Source: an uncultured Collinsella sp. (lineage in GTDB: Bacteria > Actinomycetota > Coriobacteriia > Coriobacteriales > Coriobacteriaceae). From it: 64,000 bases of DNA. A model generated the notes under the pieces. The model saw only the letters and a list, made by a program, of their open reading frames with translations, was not told the DNA's origin and searched no databases. This document shows, piece by piece, positions 1 through 9,167 of this stretch; positions within the stretch are counted from its first letter, which is position 1; every line of letters begins with the position of its first letter. A program made the position numbers and the translations under genes. The stretch lies in NCBI GenBank assembly GCA_900541725.1, contig UQLB01000005.1, positions 37,717 through 101,716 on the forward strand, written 5' to 3'.

Positions 1-2
1 CC

Positions 3-1190
3 TTAGTCAAGCAAAAGCAATCGTTTGTAGACATCGAGACCTTTGAGTAGGATTTCCTCGTCGAAGAGCATGCTATCGGTATGCAGAGCGCTTGTGGCAT
101 AGGCGGGGCAGCCATCCGAATCACTCGGGTTGTCTTGGTCCTCTGGCATACCCGTGCCCAGCAGGAAAAACACGCCCGGCAGATGGCGCTGATAGAACGC
201 GAAATCCTCGGCGATCAGCAGCGGCTCGTCCACAAGTTGCAGCTCGGGCAAGGCAGGCGCAATGTGGGCAAACAACTCGGGGTCGTTATCGACTGGCGGA
301 TAGCCCTCGGCAAAGTCGAGATCGTACGTACAGCCCGTTGCGGTGCACGCCTCGTCGAGCGCACGGCGTACGCCCTCGCGCGCACGGTCGAACATGGCGT
401 CCGTAAACACACGCAAGCTACCGGCAACATGGGCCTCCCCCGCCACCGCATTGCAGACGGTGCCTGCCTGCAGCAGGCCGAACTTGCCAATGCAGGGCTC
501 ATCGGCACCCAACTCGTCCATGAGCTCGCGCTCGGAAACTAAGAACTTGGCCGCTGCCAGCGCGGCATCGTGCGATTCCTCGACTGGAACGCCGTAGGTC
601 TTGGCGATATGGATACTCGTTCCATGGATATGAATGTGCGTCTCGCTTGAGCGCGCCAGCAGCGGACCGGGGCAGCTCGCCAACGTGCCGGCGGGCAGAT
701 CGGGCCACACATGAAAGCCAAAAATGCGGTCGGCCCCATAGCGCTCGAACACACCACTCTCGCATACCGTCTTGGCACCACCGGTCGTTTCCTCGGCCGG
801 CTGGAACACAAAGAGAACGTTGCGCCTAATGGCGCCCGGCTGTTCGCGAATCGTACGGTCAACATACGTCGCGGCGGCAAGCGCCATGGCCATGTGTCCG
901 TCATGTCCGCAAGCGTGCATCTTGCCGGGATGGGTTGAGGCAAAGGCCGCTCCCGTCGCCTCCGCGATGGGCAGCGCATCCATATCGGCGCGAATCGCCG
1001 TGGCATGCGCGGCATCAACACCGGCGTCGAAGAAAGCACAGACGCAGCTGGGGCACGGATGGGTCACCTCGCAAGCGAGCGGTGCCAGCACGCCCTCGAT
1101 ATAGGCAATGGTTTGCGGAAGATCGAAATCGAGCTCCGGAATGCGATGGAGATCGCGGCGATAGCGACGGAGTTCTTGGAGCTCGGTCAT
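3..1190 (-). CDS. M20 family amidohydrolase/peptidase. Probable N-acetyl-LL-diaminopimelate deacetylase (DapL/YkuR-like) given its position next to the dap operon.
   Basis: ORF 3..1274. Start trimmed to the internal ATG at 1190 (MTELQELRRYRRDLHRIPELDF, typical M20D N-terminus), preceded by AAGGGA. Metal-binding HxD/GHDGH-like motifs are present. Divergent from the lysA-dapA-dapB-dapH operon. Confidence 0.75.
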   Translation of the reverse strand: MTELQELRRYRRDLHRIPELDFDLPQTIAYIEGVLAPLACEVTHPCPSCVCAFFDAGVDAAHATAIRADMDALPIAEATGAAFASTHPGKMHACGHDGHMAMALAAATYVDRTIREQPGAIRRNVLFVFQPAEETTGGAKTVCESGVFERYGADRIFGFHVWPDLPAGTLASCPGPLLARSSETHIHIHGTSIHIAKTYGVPVEESHDAALAAAKFLVSERELMDELGADEPCIGKFGLLQAGTVCNAVAGEAHVAGSLRVFTDAMFDRAREGVRRALDEACTATGCTYDLDFAEGYPPVDNDPELFAHIAPALPELQLVDEPLLIAEDFAFYQRHLPGVFFLLGTGMPEDQDNPSDSDGCPAYATSALHTDSMLFDEEILLKGLDVYKRLLLLD

Positions 1191-1337
1191 AGAGGATCCC
1201 TTCGTGAGGCACATCTGTTGCAACTTATTGTGATACAGGATTGTGGCGCACATGTTTCCAGCATATCCCTGCATTTTTTAAACGTTATATACGAATACTC
1301 TTGTTTGGTAAAGTGCAACGTGATAGGGTCTTTACCA

Positions 1338-1500
1338 CTTGATAGAGGCGCGGGCACGAAGAGCCGCGGGCGAGCCGGCAGGCTTTGACCCCGTGGGGAG
1401 GCGAAACCCGCCGAACTGGGTTTTTCGGGCACGAAGAACCTGGTGGGCCTGTGGGAAACACCCACAGGACTGTCTGCAGCAATGCGGGAGCGCTATCCGG
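1338..1500 (+). ncRNA. Lysine riboswitch (L-box)-like leader upstream of the lysA/dapA operon
   Basis: GATAGAGGCGC at 1341 pairs with GCGCTATC at 1491-1498 (P1). Internal GGGGAGGCG...GCCGAA and GGACTGTCTGCAG segments resemble conserved L-box cores. It sits in the 295-nt 5' leader of lysine biosynthesis genes. Confidence 0.5.
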
Positions 1501-1568
1501 ACATTGGGTCCACGCTATGCGGATTCGATGCGCAGATGGCGCCGTCTGGATAGCGAGGTTTACGGGAC

Positions 1569-3878
1569 ATGGTATTGACCCCCAACGAGGCATATGCGGC
1601 CAAGCAGCCGTTTGTGGACAAGGAGACACTCGAGCATATCGTCGAGCAGTTCCCCACGCCGTTTCATCTATACGACGAGGCGGGCATCCGCCGCAACATG
1701 CAAGAAGTGCGCGACGCCTTTGCATGGAACCCGGGCTTTAAGGAATACTTTGCCGTCAAGGCCAACCCCAACCCGGCGCTCATCTCCATTCTCAACGAAT
1801 ACGGCTGCGGCTGCGACTGCTCGAGCTATACCGAGCTCATGATCGCCCGCTCGCTGGGTATCACGGGACACGACATCATGTTCTCGTCCAACGATACGCC
1901 GGCTGCCGACTTTGAGCTCGCCGACAAGCTGGGTGCCATCGTCAACTTTGACGACATCAGCCACATCGAGTTCTTTGAGCGTGTTGCGGGACCCATCCCC
2001 AAAACGGTCAGCTGCCGCTTTAATCCAGGCGGCCTGTTCCAGCTCTCCAACGGCATCATGGACAACCCAGGCGACTCCAAATATGGCATGACCACCGAGC
2101 AGCTCTTCGAGGCCTTCCGCATGCTCAAAGCCAAGGGCGCCGAGGACTTTGGCATCCACGCATTCCTTGCCAGCAACACCGTCACCAACGACTACTACCC
2201 CGAGCTCGCGCGTATCCTCTTTGAGCTTGCCGTACGCCTGGAGCGCGAGACCGGCGCACACGTCGCCTTCATCAATCTGTCCGGCGGCGTCGGCATCCCC
2301 TACCTGCCCGAGCAGCAGGCCAACGACATTCGCGCCATCGGCGAGGGAGTACACGCGGCATACGACGAGATCCTGGTTCCCGCCGGCATGGGCGATGTGG
2401 CCATCTGCACTGAGATGGGCCGCTTTATGATGGGCCCCTACGGCTGTCTGGTCACCAAGGCTATCCACGAGAAGCAGATCTACAAGGACTATATCGGTGT
2501 CGATGCAAGCGCCGTCGATTTGATTCGCCCTGCCATGTATGGCGCCTACCACCACATTACGGTGATGGGTCAGCCGGGCGGCGCCGACAAGGCCACGGCG
2601 CCCGTCACGAACACCTATGACATCACTGGCAATCTGTGCGAGAACAACGATAAGTTCGCCATCGACCGCGAGCTGCCGCATATCGACATGGGTGACCTGC
2701 TTGTAATCCACGATACCGGTGCGCATGGCTACTCCATGGGCTACAACTACAACGGACGTCTGCGCTCCGCCGAGGTCCTGCTGCGCCCCGATGGCGCGGC
2801 CGACCTCATCCGCCGCGCCGAGCGCCCGGGCGATTACTTTTCCACGCTCGACGTGCTGCCGTGCGGCCGAGAGCTGCTGGCCAAGTCGCGCGCCGAAAGC
2901 GCCCGCCGTCGCGCCCAAGACGAGCGCCTGGCAGTCGCAGCTCAATGGAACAAACGCATCCAGATCGCGGAGGCGAAGGAGAAGAACATGGACATCCGCA
3001 ATCTCGAGGGCTCAATCGTCGCCCTGGTTACGCCGTTTAAAAAGGACGGCAGTGTCGACTTTGACGCGCTCGAGCGCCTTATCGATTTCCACTTGCAAAA
3101 TGGCACCGACGCCATTCTCACCCTGGGCACCACCGGCGAGAGCGCCACGATGACCGATGACGAGGACAACTCCGTCGTCGCCGCCGTGGTCAAGCATGTT
3201 GCAGGACGCGTCCCCGTCATCGCCGGCTCAGGCTCCAACTCCACGCAGACCATGCTCACCAAGTCGCTTACTTACCAGGGCTTGGGAGCCGACGGCCTGC
3301 TGCTCATTACCCCCTACTACAACAAGTCCAACGAAGAGGGTATCTATCAGCACTTTAAGACCGTCGCCGATGCCGTTGACATCCCTTGCATCCTGTACAA
3401 CATCCCCGGCCGCTGCGGCTGCGGTATCAGCGAGCGCAACGTAGAGCGCCTAGCCGCGCACCCCAACATCATGGGCATCAAGGAGGCCTCGGGCAACGTC
3501 GCCTACGCGGCCAAGATCGCCCACCTGCTGTCCGACGATTTCCGCATGTACTCGGGCGAGGATGCACTCACAGTGCCGCTCATGAGCCTGGGCGCTTCGG
3601 GCACCATCAGCGTGTGGGCCGACGTGCAGCCGCAGCTTGTACACGACATGTGCCGCGCTTATCTGGACGGCGACGTAGCGCGCGCCCGCGATATCCAGAT
3701 TGCCGGCCAGCCGCTCATCAACGCCCTCTTTAGCGAGGTCAACCCCATCCCCGTTAAGGAAGCGCTCGCCCAGATGGGCATGATCGAGGCAAACTACCGT
3801 ATGCCGCTGTGCCCCATGGCAGACGACACGCGAGCCGCACTTACCGATGCTCTGAAGGGAGCTGGTCTGCTTGATTAA
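1569..3878 (+). CDS. Apparent fusion protein: diaminopimelate decarboxylase (LysA, PLP fold-III decarboxylase) N-terminal about 440 aa, plus 4-hydroxy-tetrahydrodipicolinate synthase (DapA) C-terminal about 297 aa
   Basis: Single 769-aa ORF. N-terminal part has FAVKANPNPALISILNEYGCGCD and C-terminal EVLL motifs of Orn/DAP decarboxylases. From the in-frame ATG at 2988 (MDIRNLEGSIVALVTPF...) it is typical DapA, ending KGAGLLD. A strong internal SD (GAAGGAGAAGAAC-ATG) lies before the DapA ATG, with no stop codon between the two parts. Confidence 0.8.
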   Translation: MVLTPNEAYAAKQPFVDKETLEHIVEQFPTPFHLYDEAGIRRNMQEVRDAFAWNPGFKEYFAVKANPNPALISILNEYGCGCDCSSYTELMIARSLGITGHDIMFSSNDTPAADFELADKLGAIVNFDDISHIEFFERVAGPIPKTVSCRFNPGGLFQLSNGIMDNPGDSKYGMTTEQLFEAFRMLKAKGAEDFGIHAFLASNTVTNDYYPELARILFELAVRLERETGAHVAFINLSGGVGIPYLPEQQANDIRAIGEGVHAAYDEILVPAGMGDVAICTEMGRFMMGPYGCLVTKAIHEKQIYKDYIGVDASAVDLIRPAMYGAYHHITVMGQPGGADKATAPVTNTYDITGNLCENNDKFAIDRELPHIDMGDLLVIHDTGAHGYSMGYNYNGRLRSAEVLLRPDGAADLIRRAERPGDYFSTLDVLPCGRELLAKSRAESARRRAQDERLAVAAQWNKRIQIAEAKEKNMDIRNLEGSIVALVTPFKKDGSVDFDALERLIDFHLQNGTDAILTLGTTGESATMTDDEDNSVVAAVVKHVAGRVPVIAGSGSNSTQTMLTKSLTYQGLGADGLLLITPYYNKSNEEGIYQHFKTVADAVDIPCILYNIPGRCGCGISERNVERLAAHPNIMGIKEASGNVAYAAKIAHLLSDDFRMYSGEDALTVPLMSLGASGTISVWADVQPQLVHDMCRAYLDGDVARARDIQIAGQPLINALFSEVNPIPVKEALAQMGMIEANYRMPLCPMADDTRAALTDALKGAGLLD

Positions 3879-4611
3879 GACCGTCATTATGGGAACGGGC
3901 CGCATGGGCTCGCTCATCCGCACTACCGCCGAGGGCATTGTCGACGCCGCCGGTCAGCCCGTTTTTGATATCGTGGCCCAGATTGGCTTCGATTTGAGCG
4001 AGCTCGAGAACGCACCGGCTGCCGATGTGATTATCGACTTCTCGAACGTCGTGACCTTCGATGCCGTCGTCGCCTATGTCGAGCGCACGGGCGCCGCACT
4101 CGTTTCCGGCACCACGGGCTATTCACCTGAGCAGATGGACCGCCTGCGTGAGCTGGGCCAGAACACCCGCGTTATGCACTCGGGCAATTACTCCATCGGC
4201 ATCGCAGCCCTGCGTCATCTAGTGGCCCAGGCCACACGCGAGCTGCCCGGCTTTGACTGCGAGATCGTCGAGACGCACCACAACCAAAAGGTCGACGCCC
4301 CGAGCGGCACCGCCAAGCTACTGCTCGACGCCGTCGTCGAAGCTGAACCCGAGGCAGGCTACCACCCCGTCTATGGCCGCGAGGGCATGTGCGGCGCGCG
4401 TGGCCCCAAGGAGATCGGAATGCACTCGCTGCGCGGCGGCACCGTCGCCGGCGTGCACGAGGTTAGTTTCTTTGGCCAGGACGAGGAGGTCACGCTCACC
4501 CACCGCGCCACGAGCCGTCAGATCTTTGTCAACGGCGCCTTGGCAGCCGCGCAGAAGCTCGTCACCCGCGAACCCGGCTTCTATACGTTCGACAAGGTCA
4601 TGTTTGCCTAA
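3871..4611 (+). CDS. dapB: 4-hydroxy-tetrahydrodipicolinate reductase
   Basis: 246 aa. MIKTVIMGTGRMG N-terminus and the E-I-V-E-T-H-H-N-Q-K-V-D-A-P-S-G-T-A signature. TTG start overlapping the stop of the upstream ORF. Confidence 0.9.
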   Translation: MIKTVIMGTGRMGSLIRTTAEGIVDAAGQPVFDIVAQIGFDLSELENAPAADVIIDFSNVVTFDAVVAYVERTGAALVSGTTGYSPEQMDRLRELGQNTRVMHSGNYSIGIAALRHLVAQATRELPGFDCEIVETHHNQKVDAPSGTAKLLLDAVVEAEPEAGYHPVYGREGMCGARGPKEIGMHSLRGGTVAGVHEVSFFGQDEEVTLTHRATSRQIFVNGALAAAQKLVTREPGFYTFDKVMFA

Positions 4612-4650
4612 CCGGGTATCAACCGAATCCACCCAAAGGAGAGATAGCAA

Positions 4651-5370
4651 ATGAGCAACGCAGCCGAGATGGATGCACAGGAGATTATCAACTACATCGC
4701 CACCGCGCCCAAAAAGACGCCCGTCAAGCTGTACGTGCGCGAGAAGCCGGGCATGAAGGTTGCCTGGGGCAACGCACATGTCTACGGCGGTCGTCGTGGC
4801 AAGACCGTCTTTGGCGACTGGGATGAGCTTAAGGCCATCCTCGATGCCAATGCCGATTCCATCGATTACTACGACGTTGAAAACGATTGCCGCAACTCCG
4901 CCGTGCCCATGCTCGACCTTAAGGGCATCAACGCCCGCGTCGAGCCGGGCGCGATCATCCGCGACCGCGTCGAGATCGGCGACCGTGCCGTCATCATGAT
5001 GGGCGCCATCATCAACATCGGCTCCGTTATCGGCGAGGGTTCCATGATCGATATGGGCGCCGTGCTGGGCGGTCGCGCCACCGTGGGCAAGAACTGCCAC
5101 ATCGGCGCCGGCACCGTGCTGGCAGGCGTTGTGGAGCCCGCCAGCGCCACGCCCGTCATCATCGAGGACGATGTCATGATCGGCGCCAACGCCGTGGTTC
5201 TGGAGGGCGTGCACGTAGGCAAGGGCGCTGTCGTTGCCGCCGGCGCCGTGTGCGTCGAGGACGTCCCCGCCGGTGCCGTCGTGGCCGGTGTCCCCGCCCG
5301 CGTTATCAAGATGCGCGACGAGAAGACCGACAGCAAGACCGGCCTGGAAGAGGGCCTGCGCCAGCTGTAG
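4651..5370 (+). CDS. dapH: 2,3,4,5-tetrahydropyridine-2,6-dicarboxylate N-acetyltransferase (DapH-type hexapeptide-repeat acyltransferase; could alternatively be a succinyltransferase)
   Basis: 239 aa with left-handed beta-helix hexapeptide repeats (IGxxxxIxxGAVI...). Size and N-terminal domain match DapH. AAAGGAGAG SD. Confidence 0.75.
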   Translation: MSNAAEMDAQEIINYIATAPKKTPVKLYVREKPGMKVAWGNAHVYGGRRGKTVFGDWDELKAILDANADSIDYYDVENDCRNSAVPMLDLKGINARVEPGAIIRDRVEIGDRAVIMMGAIINIGSVIGEGSMIDMGAVLGGRATVGKNCHIGAGTVLAGVVEPASATPVIIEDDVMIGANAVVLEGVHVGKGAVVAAGAVCVEDVPAGAVVAGVPARVIKMRDEKTDSKTGLEEGLRQL

Positions 5371-5560
5371 AAGTTACGCGGTTTTGCCAAACCGCGTAAC
5401 GGCTCGACGCTGCAAACGCCCCTAAGCGGCAATCTGACGTTCAATCGTCGGTCGCGTACCGAAGTACGCTTCCCTCCTCTTTCACGTCACCTTGCTCGCT
5501 TAGGGGCGTTTTCGCTGACGTGAGCTCAACCTGCGGCGCAATGTCAGCAACCAAGCCGAA

Positions 5561-5606
5561 AACAAAAAAGGCCGAAGTCCCAAAAGGCTTCGGCCTTTGT
5601 TTTTTG
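5561..5606. terminator. Bidirectional rho-independent terminator between the dap operon (+) and ndpA-like gene (-)
   Basis: AAGGCCGAAG-tcccaaaag-CTTCGGCCTT followed by TTTGTTTTTTG on the + strand, and an A-run upstream serving the minus strand. Confidence 0.7.
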
Positions 5607-5623
5607 CAACGTCCAAGAGCAGT

Positions 5624-6637
5624 TTATCGATTCTCAATACTTCCGATGTTCTTGAGCTCGATGGAGATGAGGCCGTTGGGCTCGTTGACGAACTCGATAT
5701 ACTCGGAGTTCGAACCCATCTCGGCCGGGAAGCTGATCTCGATGCCCGTGTCGGTACGAATCTTGTGATTGCGCACGGCCGCACGCTCAACTTGCTTGCG
5801 CTCCACGGGCACGCGCTCAGGCACGTTCTCCTCGGTCAGCGCCGCACGCACGCTCTCCTTGATGACCGGCTCGTCCTCAAAGACCTCATCGACGATATCC
5901 CAAGGCGGCAGCTCCTCGTCATCCTCAACCTTCTCGGCCACAGCAGCCTTAACCTTAGCGAGCGCTACGGCCGTATTGGCACCGTGCTCCTCGGCGACTT
6001 CCTCGACCACGCGCGTCACCGTGTCGATGACCTCCTTACCCGATACGCCCGTGTCGCATTGCAGCAGGCCGTCGGGAATGAGCATGCGATCCTCGCCGGC
6101 AATCTTGCGCTTCTTATCCACGTAGCCGATCTCCATGGTGCTTGCGCGTACGATGGCATAGCTCGGAACCTTTTGCGAAGGGTTCGGCAGAATGGCATAG
6201 TGGCGCGCGATGTCGTTACGAACCTCGCCCTCTTCGCGACCCACCTCGTGCATGAATGCCTGTTTGGAGCCCAGCAGCATCACGGCAAACCAGCGGGCAT
6301 CCTCATCATCGTCAAAGTCCGCCACAAGCACGTCAGTGGACTCGGCTTTCTCGGCCTTGGTAAGTTCGGAAGAGATGAACTCCGCAATCTGCTGCGACAG
6401 GTCCACGAACTCACGCTCACCAAAGAAATAGCCCTTGAGCTCGCCGCCGAATGCGGAGTTCTCGGCAAACGTGGCACGCTTGTTGTCGGCCGAAGTACGA
6501 GCGCGGCGCAGATGCGTGGTCACGAAGTTGCGCACGGTACGGCTCTCGATATCGAGCTCGCGCTGGCTCATGACGTTGACGGCAGAGTCAAAGTCCAGGA
6601 TATGCAGGATCGCGTGATTGATTTTCATATACGGCAT
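5624..6637 (-). CDS. Nucleoid-associated protein, NdpA/YejK (NA37) family
   Basis: 337 aa. N-terminus MKINHAILHILDFDS is characteristic of the NdpA family. The opposite-strand ORF 5597..6673 is a GC-shadow. Confidence 0.7.
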   Translation of the reverse strand: MPYMKINHAILHILDFDSAVNVMSQRELDIESRTVRNFVTTHLRRARTSADNKRATFAENSAFGGELKGYFFGEREFVDLSQQIAEFISSELTKAEKAESTDVLVADFDDDEDARWFAVMLLGSKQAFMHEVGREEGEVRNDIARHYAILPNPSQKVPSYAIVRASTMEIGYVDKKRKIAGEDRMLIPDGLLQCDTGVSGKEVIDTVTRVVEEVAEEHGANTAVALAKVKAAVAEKVEDDEELPPWDIVDEVFEDEPVIKESVRAALTEENVPERVPVERKQVERAAVRNHKIRTDTGIEISFPAEMGSNSEYIEFVNEPNGLISIELKNIGSIENR

Positions 6638-6739
6638 TCCGTTCTAGATCGATTTCGGCACGAACCAGTATAGCGGTCGAGCCTGCCCCAGGCGCATCGA
6701 AGATTGGTGCATCGGGGACAGGTTGCTTTGCGCCAATGG

Positions 6740-7900
6740 TTAGCGCAGGAGCTCGGACTGCCAAGCCTCGAGCTGTTCTGCCAAACTCTTGCCGGCAGCG
6801 GGCACGTCGATCTGGGGTCGTTTGGGCAGCAGCGCACACTTAAGAATCGCAACGATGGTCTGCGAGACAAAGCGCCGCGTATCCTTGTCAAAGCCTTGCG
6901 CAGCCTGGAGCATCACGGGCAGGCTCTCGCGCAGATTCCCAGCGATATCCGCAAACCGTTCGGCGCCCGTAGCCTCAAACACGGAGAACAACGCATCTAC
7001 AAAACGCTCGCGCTCGCTAGGTGACACTGCAAGCAGCATCTCGCGAATGGAGCCATCAACGTATCGAGCACCGGCGGACAGGCGCTCACAGTACACGAAG
7101 TCGCAACCATCAACCACCCAGCTAAAGGGATTGTGCTGCAGCAGGCTGAACTCGGTGCTCTCAACGATGGCATAGTCCTCTTGTGTCTCGAACATCATGC
7201 CGAAGATCGACGACCGAGGTAGCGTCTTGTCGATTCGACCGGAAAAATCGGCAAAGGCGTTGCCGTTCAGGAACTCCTCGACGAAGCCCGGACCATCATG
7301 GGAATATGCCCGTTCGATTCGCTCACGGGCGACATCGGAGCACATCGCCGCACCGTACACCGCAAGGTTTCCACCCTTGGAATGACCTCCGCACAAAAGC
7401 GGCCCGTCGATCGCATCCGCCGCTTCGTCCACATAACGTGCCGCGGATTCCTGGGCCGGCACAGGGCACCGGAACGCCATGTTAAAGTCCTCTTTCCAGC
7501 CCACAATCGTGCTGTCGGTCCCCCGGAAGGAAAGATAACTAAACCCCGCCGGAAACCGGAACGCCATGGCTGCAAACTGCTCTGTCGCCACCACATCGCT
7601 CACGGCACGATAGCCGCAAACGTGCACGCCACGGTAGCGAGGGCTTGCCGCCACGGCCTCCAGCAAGGCCCTGCTCCCCTCTGGGTCCCATAGGTCGCCA
7701 ATCATGTCCCGGTAGCATTCGGCACGCAGCAGCTCTCGTACGTCTAGGCCCTGCCAGTTCGTCAGCTCCGCCATATCACCCGGCAAACGCAAATAGGACA
7801 ACCACGCAAAGACCAGGCTATCCACCGCGCAGAACGGCCGCTCCTCAAACGGATCAAACGCCGTCTGGGCATAGGTCAAAAAATTAGGCGAATCCGACAT
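6740..7900 (-). CDS. DUF2974/Mbeg1-like alpha/beta hydrolase (lipase-like)
   Basis: 386 aa. GGHSKGGNLAVYGA nucleophile-elbow motif (GHSxG). Confidence 0.6.
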   Translation of the reverse strand: MSDSPNFLTYAQTAFDPFEERPFCAVDSLVFAWLSYLRLPGDMAELTNWQGLDVRELLRAECYRDMIGDLWDPEGSRALLEAVAASPRYRGVHVCGYRAVSDVVATEQFAAMAFRFPAGFSYLSFRGTDSTIVGWKEDFNMAFRCPVPAQESAARYVDEAADAIDGPLLCGGHSKGGNLAVYGAAMCSDVARERIERAYSHDGPGFVEEFLNGNAFADFSGRIDKTLPRSSIFGMMFETQEDYAIVESTEFSLLQHNPFSWVVDGCDFVYCERLSAGARYVDGSIREMLLAVSPSERERFVDALFSVFEATGAERFADIAGNLRESLPVMLQAAQGFDKDTRRFVSQTIVAILKCALLPKRPQIDVPAAGKSLAEQLEAWQSELLR

Positions 7901-8014
7901 GGCCCTCCCATCAACTATAGTGCATTGGGGTCAGGTGACTTTGCACCAAAAAGGCGCCCGGGCCGCGTGGTCCCGAACGCCTTCATTGTAGCTTTTCGCT
8001 CTAGCGAGCTTGAT

Positions 8015-8965
8015 TTAGCAGGAGAAGTCGACGCTATCGATGATGTCCTTGAGGGCCTTGGCGGAGGCGGTGAGCTCATGCTGCTCGTCATCGTCCAGCG
8101 GCACGGGGACGCGGCAGACAACGCCGTCGCGGCCAACGACGGTCGGCATGGAGATGGCCAGATCGGACAGGCCATACTCGCCCACCATGAGCGAGGAGAC
8201 GGGCAGAACGGTCTGCTCATCGCGCATGACGGCGGTGCAGATGCGCTTGACGGCCATGGCGACGCCATAGTAGGTGGCGTGCTTCTTCTCGATGATGGTG
8301 TAGGCGGAGTTCTTGACGTCCTCGGCGATGCGCTTCTCGGCTGCCTCATGCTCCAGGTGGCCGTGAAGCTCACAGAAGGTGTTCAGCGGCACGCCGGCAA
8401 CCTGGGCGCTGGACCAAGCGACAAACTCGGAGTCGCCGTGCTCGCCCATGACGTAAGCCTGAACGTCGCGCGGGTCGACCTCGACGTGGGCGCCGAGCAT
8501 CTGCTGCAGACGGCCAGTGTCGAGCACGGTGCCGGAGCCGATGACGTGGCCCTCGGGCAGGCCGGACATCTTGATGGCGGCGTAGGTCAGAACGTCGACC
8601 GGGTTGGAGACGATGAGCAGAATGCCGTCGAAGCCAGACTTCTTAATCTCGGGAATAATGGACTTAAAGATGTTGACGTTCTTGTTGACCAGGTCCAGGC
8701 GGGTCTCACCGGGCTTCTGGGCAGCGCCAGCGGTGACGACGATCATGGCGGCGTCGGCGACATCGGAATAATCGCCGGCGTAGATCTTCATCGGCTCGGC
8801 AAACGTCATGCCGTGCGCGATATCCAAGGCCTCACCCTCGGCGCGGTTCTTGTCCACGTCGATGAGGACCATCTCGGAGAACAGGCCACTCTGCATCAGC
8901 GCGAACGCCGAAGACGAACCAACGAAACCGCAGCCGACAATAGCGACCTTCTTCTCGTTAACCAT
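8015..8965 (-). CDS. ldh: L-lactate dehydrogenase
   Basis: 316 aa. KVAIVGCGFVGSS Rossmann motif, and GEHGDS and catalytic-His regions typical of LDH. GGGAG SD. Confidence 0.95.
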   Translation of the reverse strand: MVNEKKVAIVGCGFVGSSSAFALMQSGLFSEMVLIDVDKNRAEGEALDIAHGMTFAEPMKIYAGDYSDVADAAMIVVTAGAAQKPGETRLDLVNKNVNIFKSIIPEIKKSGFDGILLIVSNPVDVLTYAAIKMSGLPEGHVIGSGTVLDTGRLQQMLGAHVEVDPRDVQAYVMGEHGDSEFVAWSSAQVAGVPLNTFCELHGHLEHEAAEKRIAEDVKNSAYTIIEKKHATYYGVAMAVKRICTAVMRDEQTVLPVSSLMVGEYGLSDLAISMPTVVGRDGVVCRVPVPLDDDEQHELTASAKALKDIIDSVDFSC

Positions 8966-9167
8966 TAGAAACTCCCATCTCTCTCCACAAACAAACCGCC
9001 CGAGAACGACCCCGAGCGGTTTGCCGTAACCCCAATATATCCAATCGGGACTTTGATTATGCTCCTATTCGCAGCCAAATATCGACCGTTTACCGAAATT
9101 GTTTGCAGGATTCGTAAAATAACTGCACGAAATCGGTTTCGAGCTATTGACGAGTCGAAATAGGTTT

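Noticed and set aside
1668-2945. 425-aa minus-strand ORF inside lysA-dapA
   Set aside because: Antisense to a well-supported coding region. Ala/Gly/Val-rich high-GC shadow frame.
5597-6673. 358-aa plus-strand ORF overlapping the ndpA-like gene
   Set aside because: Antisense GC-shadow ORF with low-complexity Leu/Arg/Asp-rich translation. The minus-strand product has a clear NdpA-family N-terminus.
7925-8968. 347-aa plus-strand ORF opposite ldh
   Set aside because: ldh on the minus strand is unambiguous. The plus ORF has a repetitive Gly/Asp/Ala/Leu composition typical of shadow frames.
8966-9167. Rex-type operator upstream of ldh
   Set aside because: No convincing TTGTGAA-N-TTCACAA palindrome. 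There is only a weak 7-bp hairpin (AAACCGC...GCGGTTT), probably an attenuator or terminator for the upstream gene.
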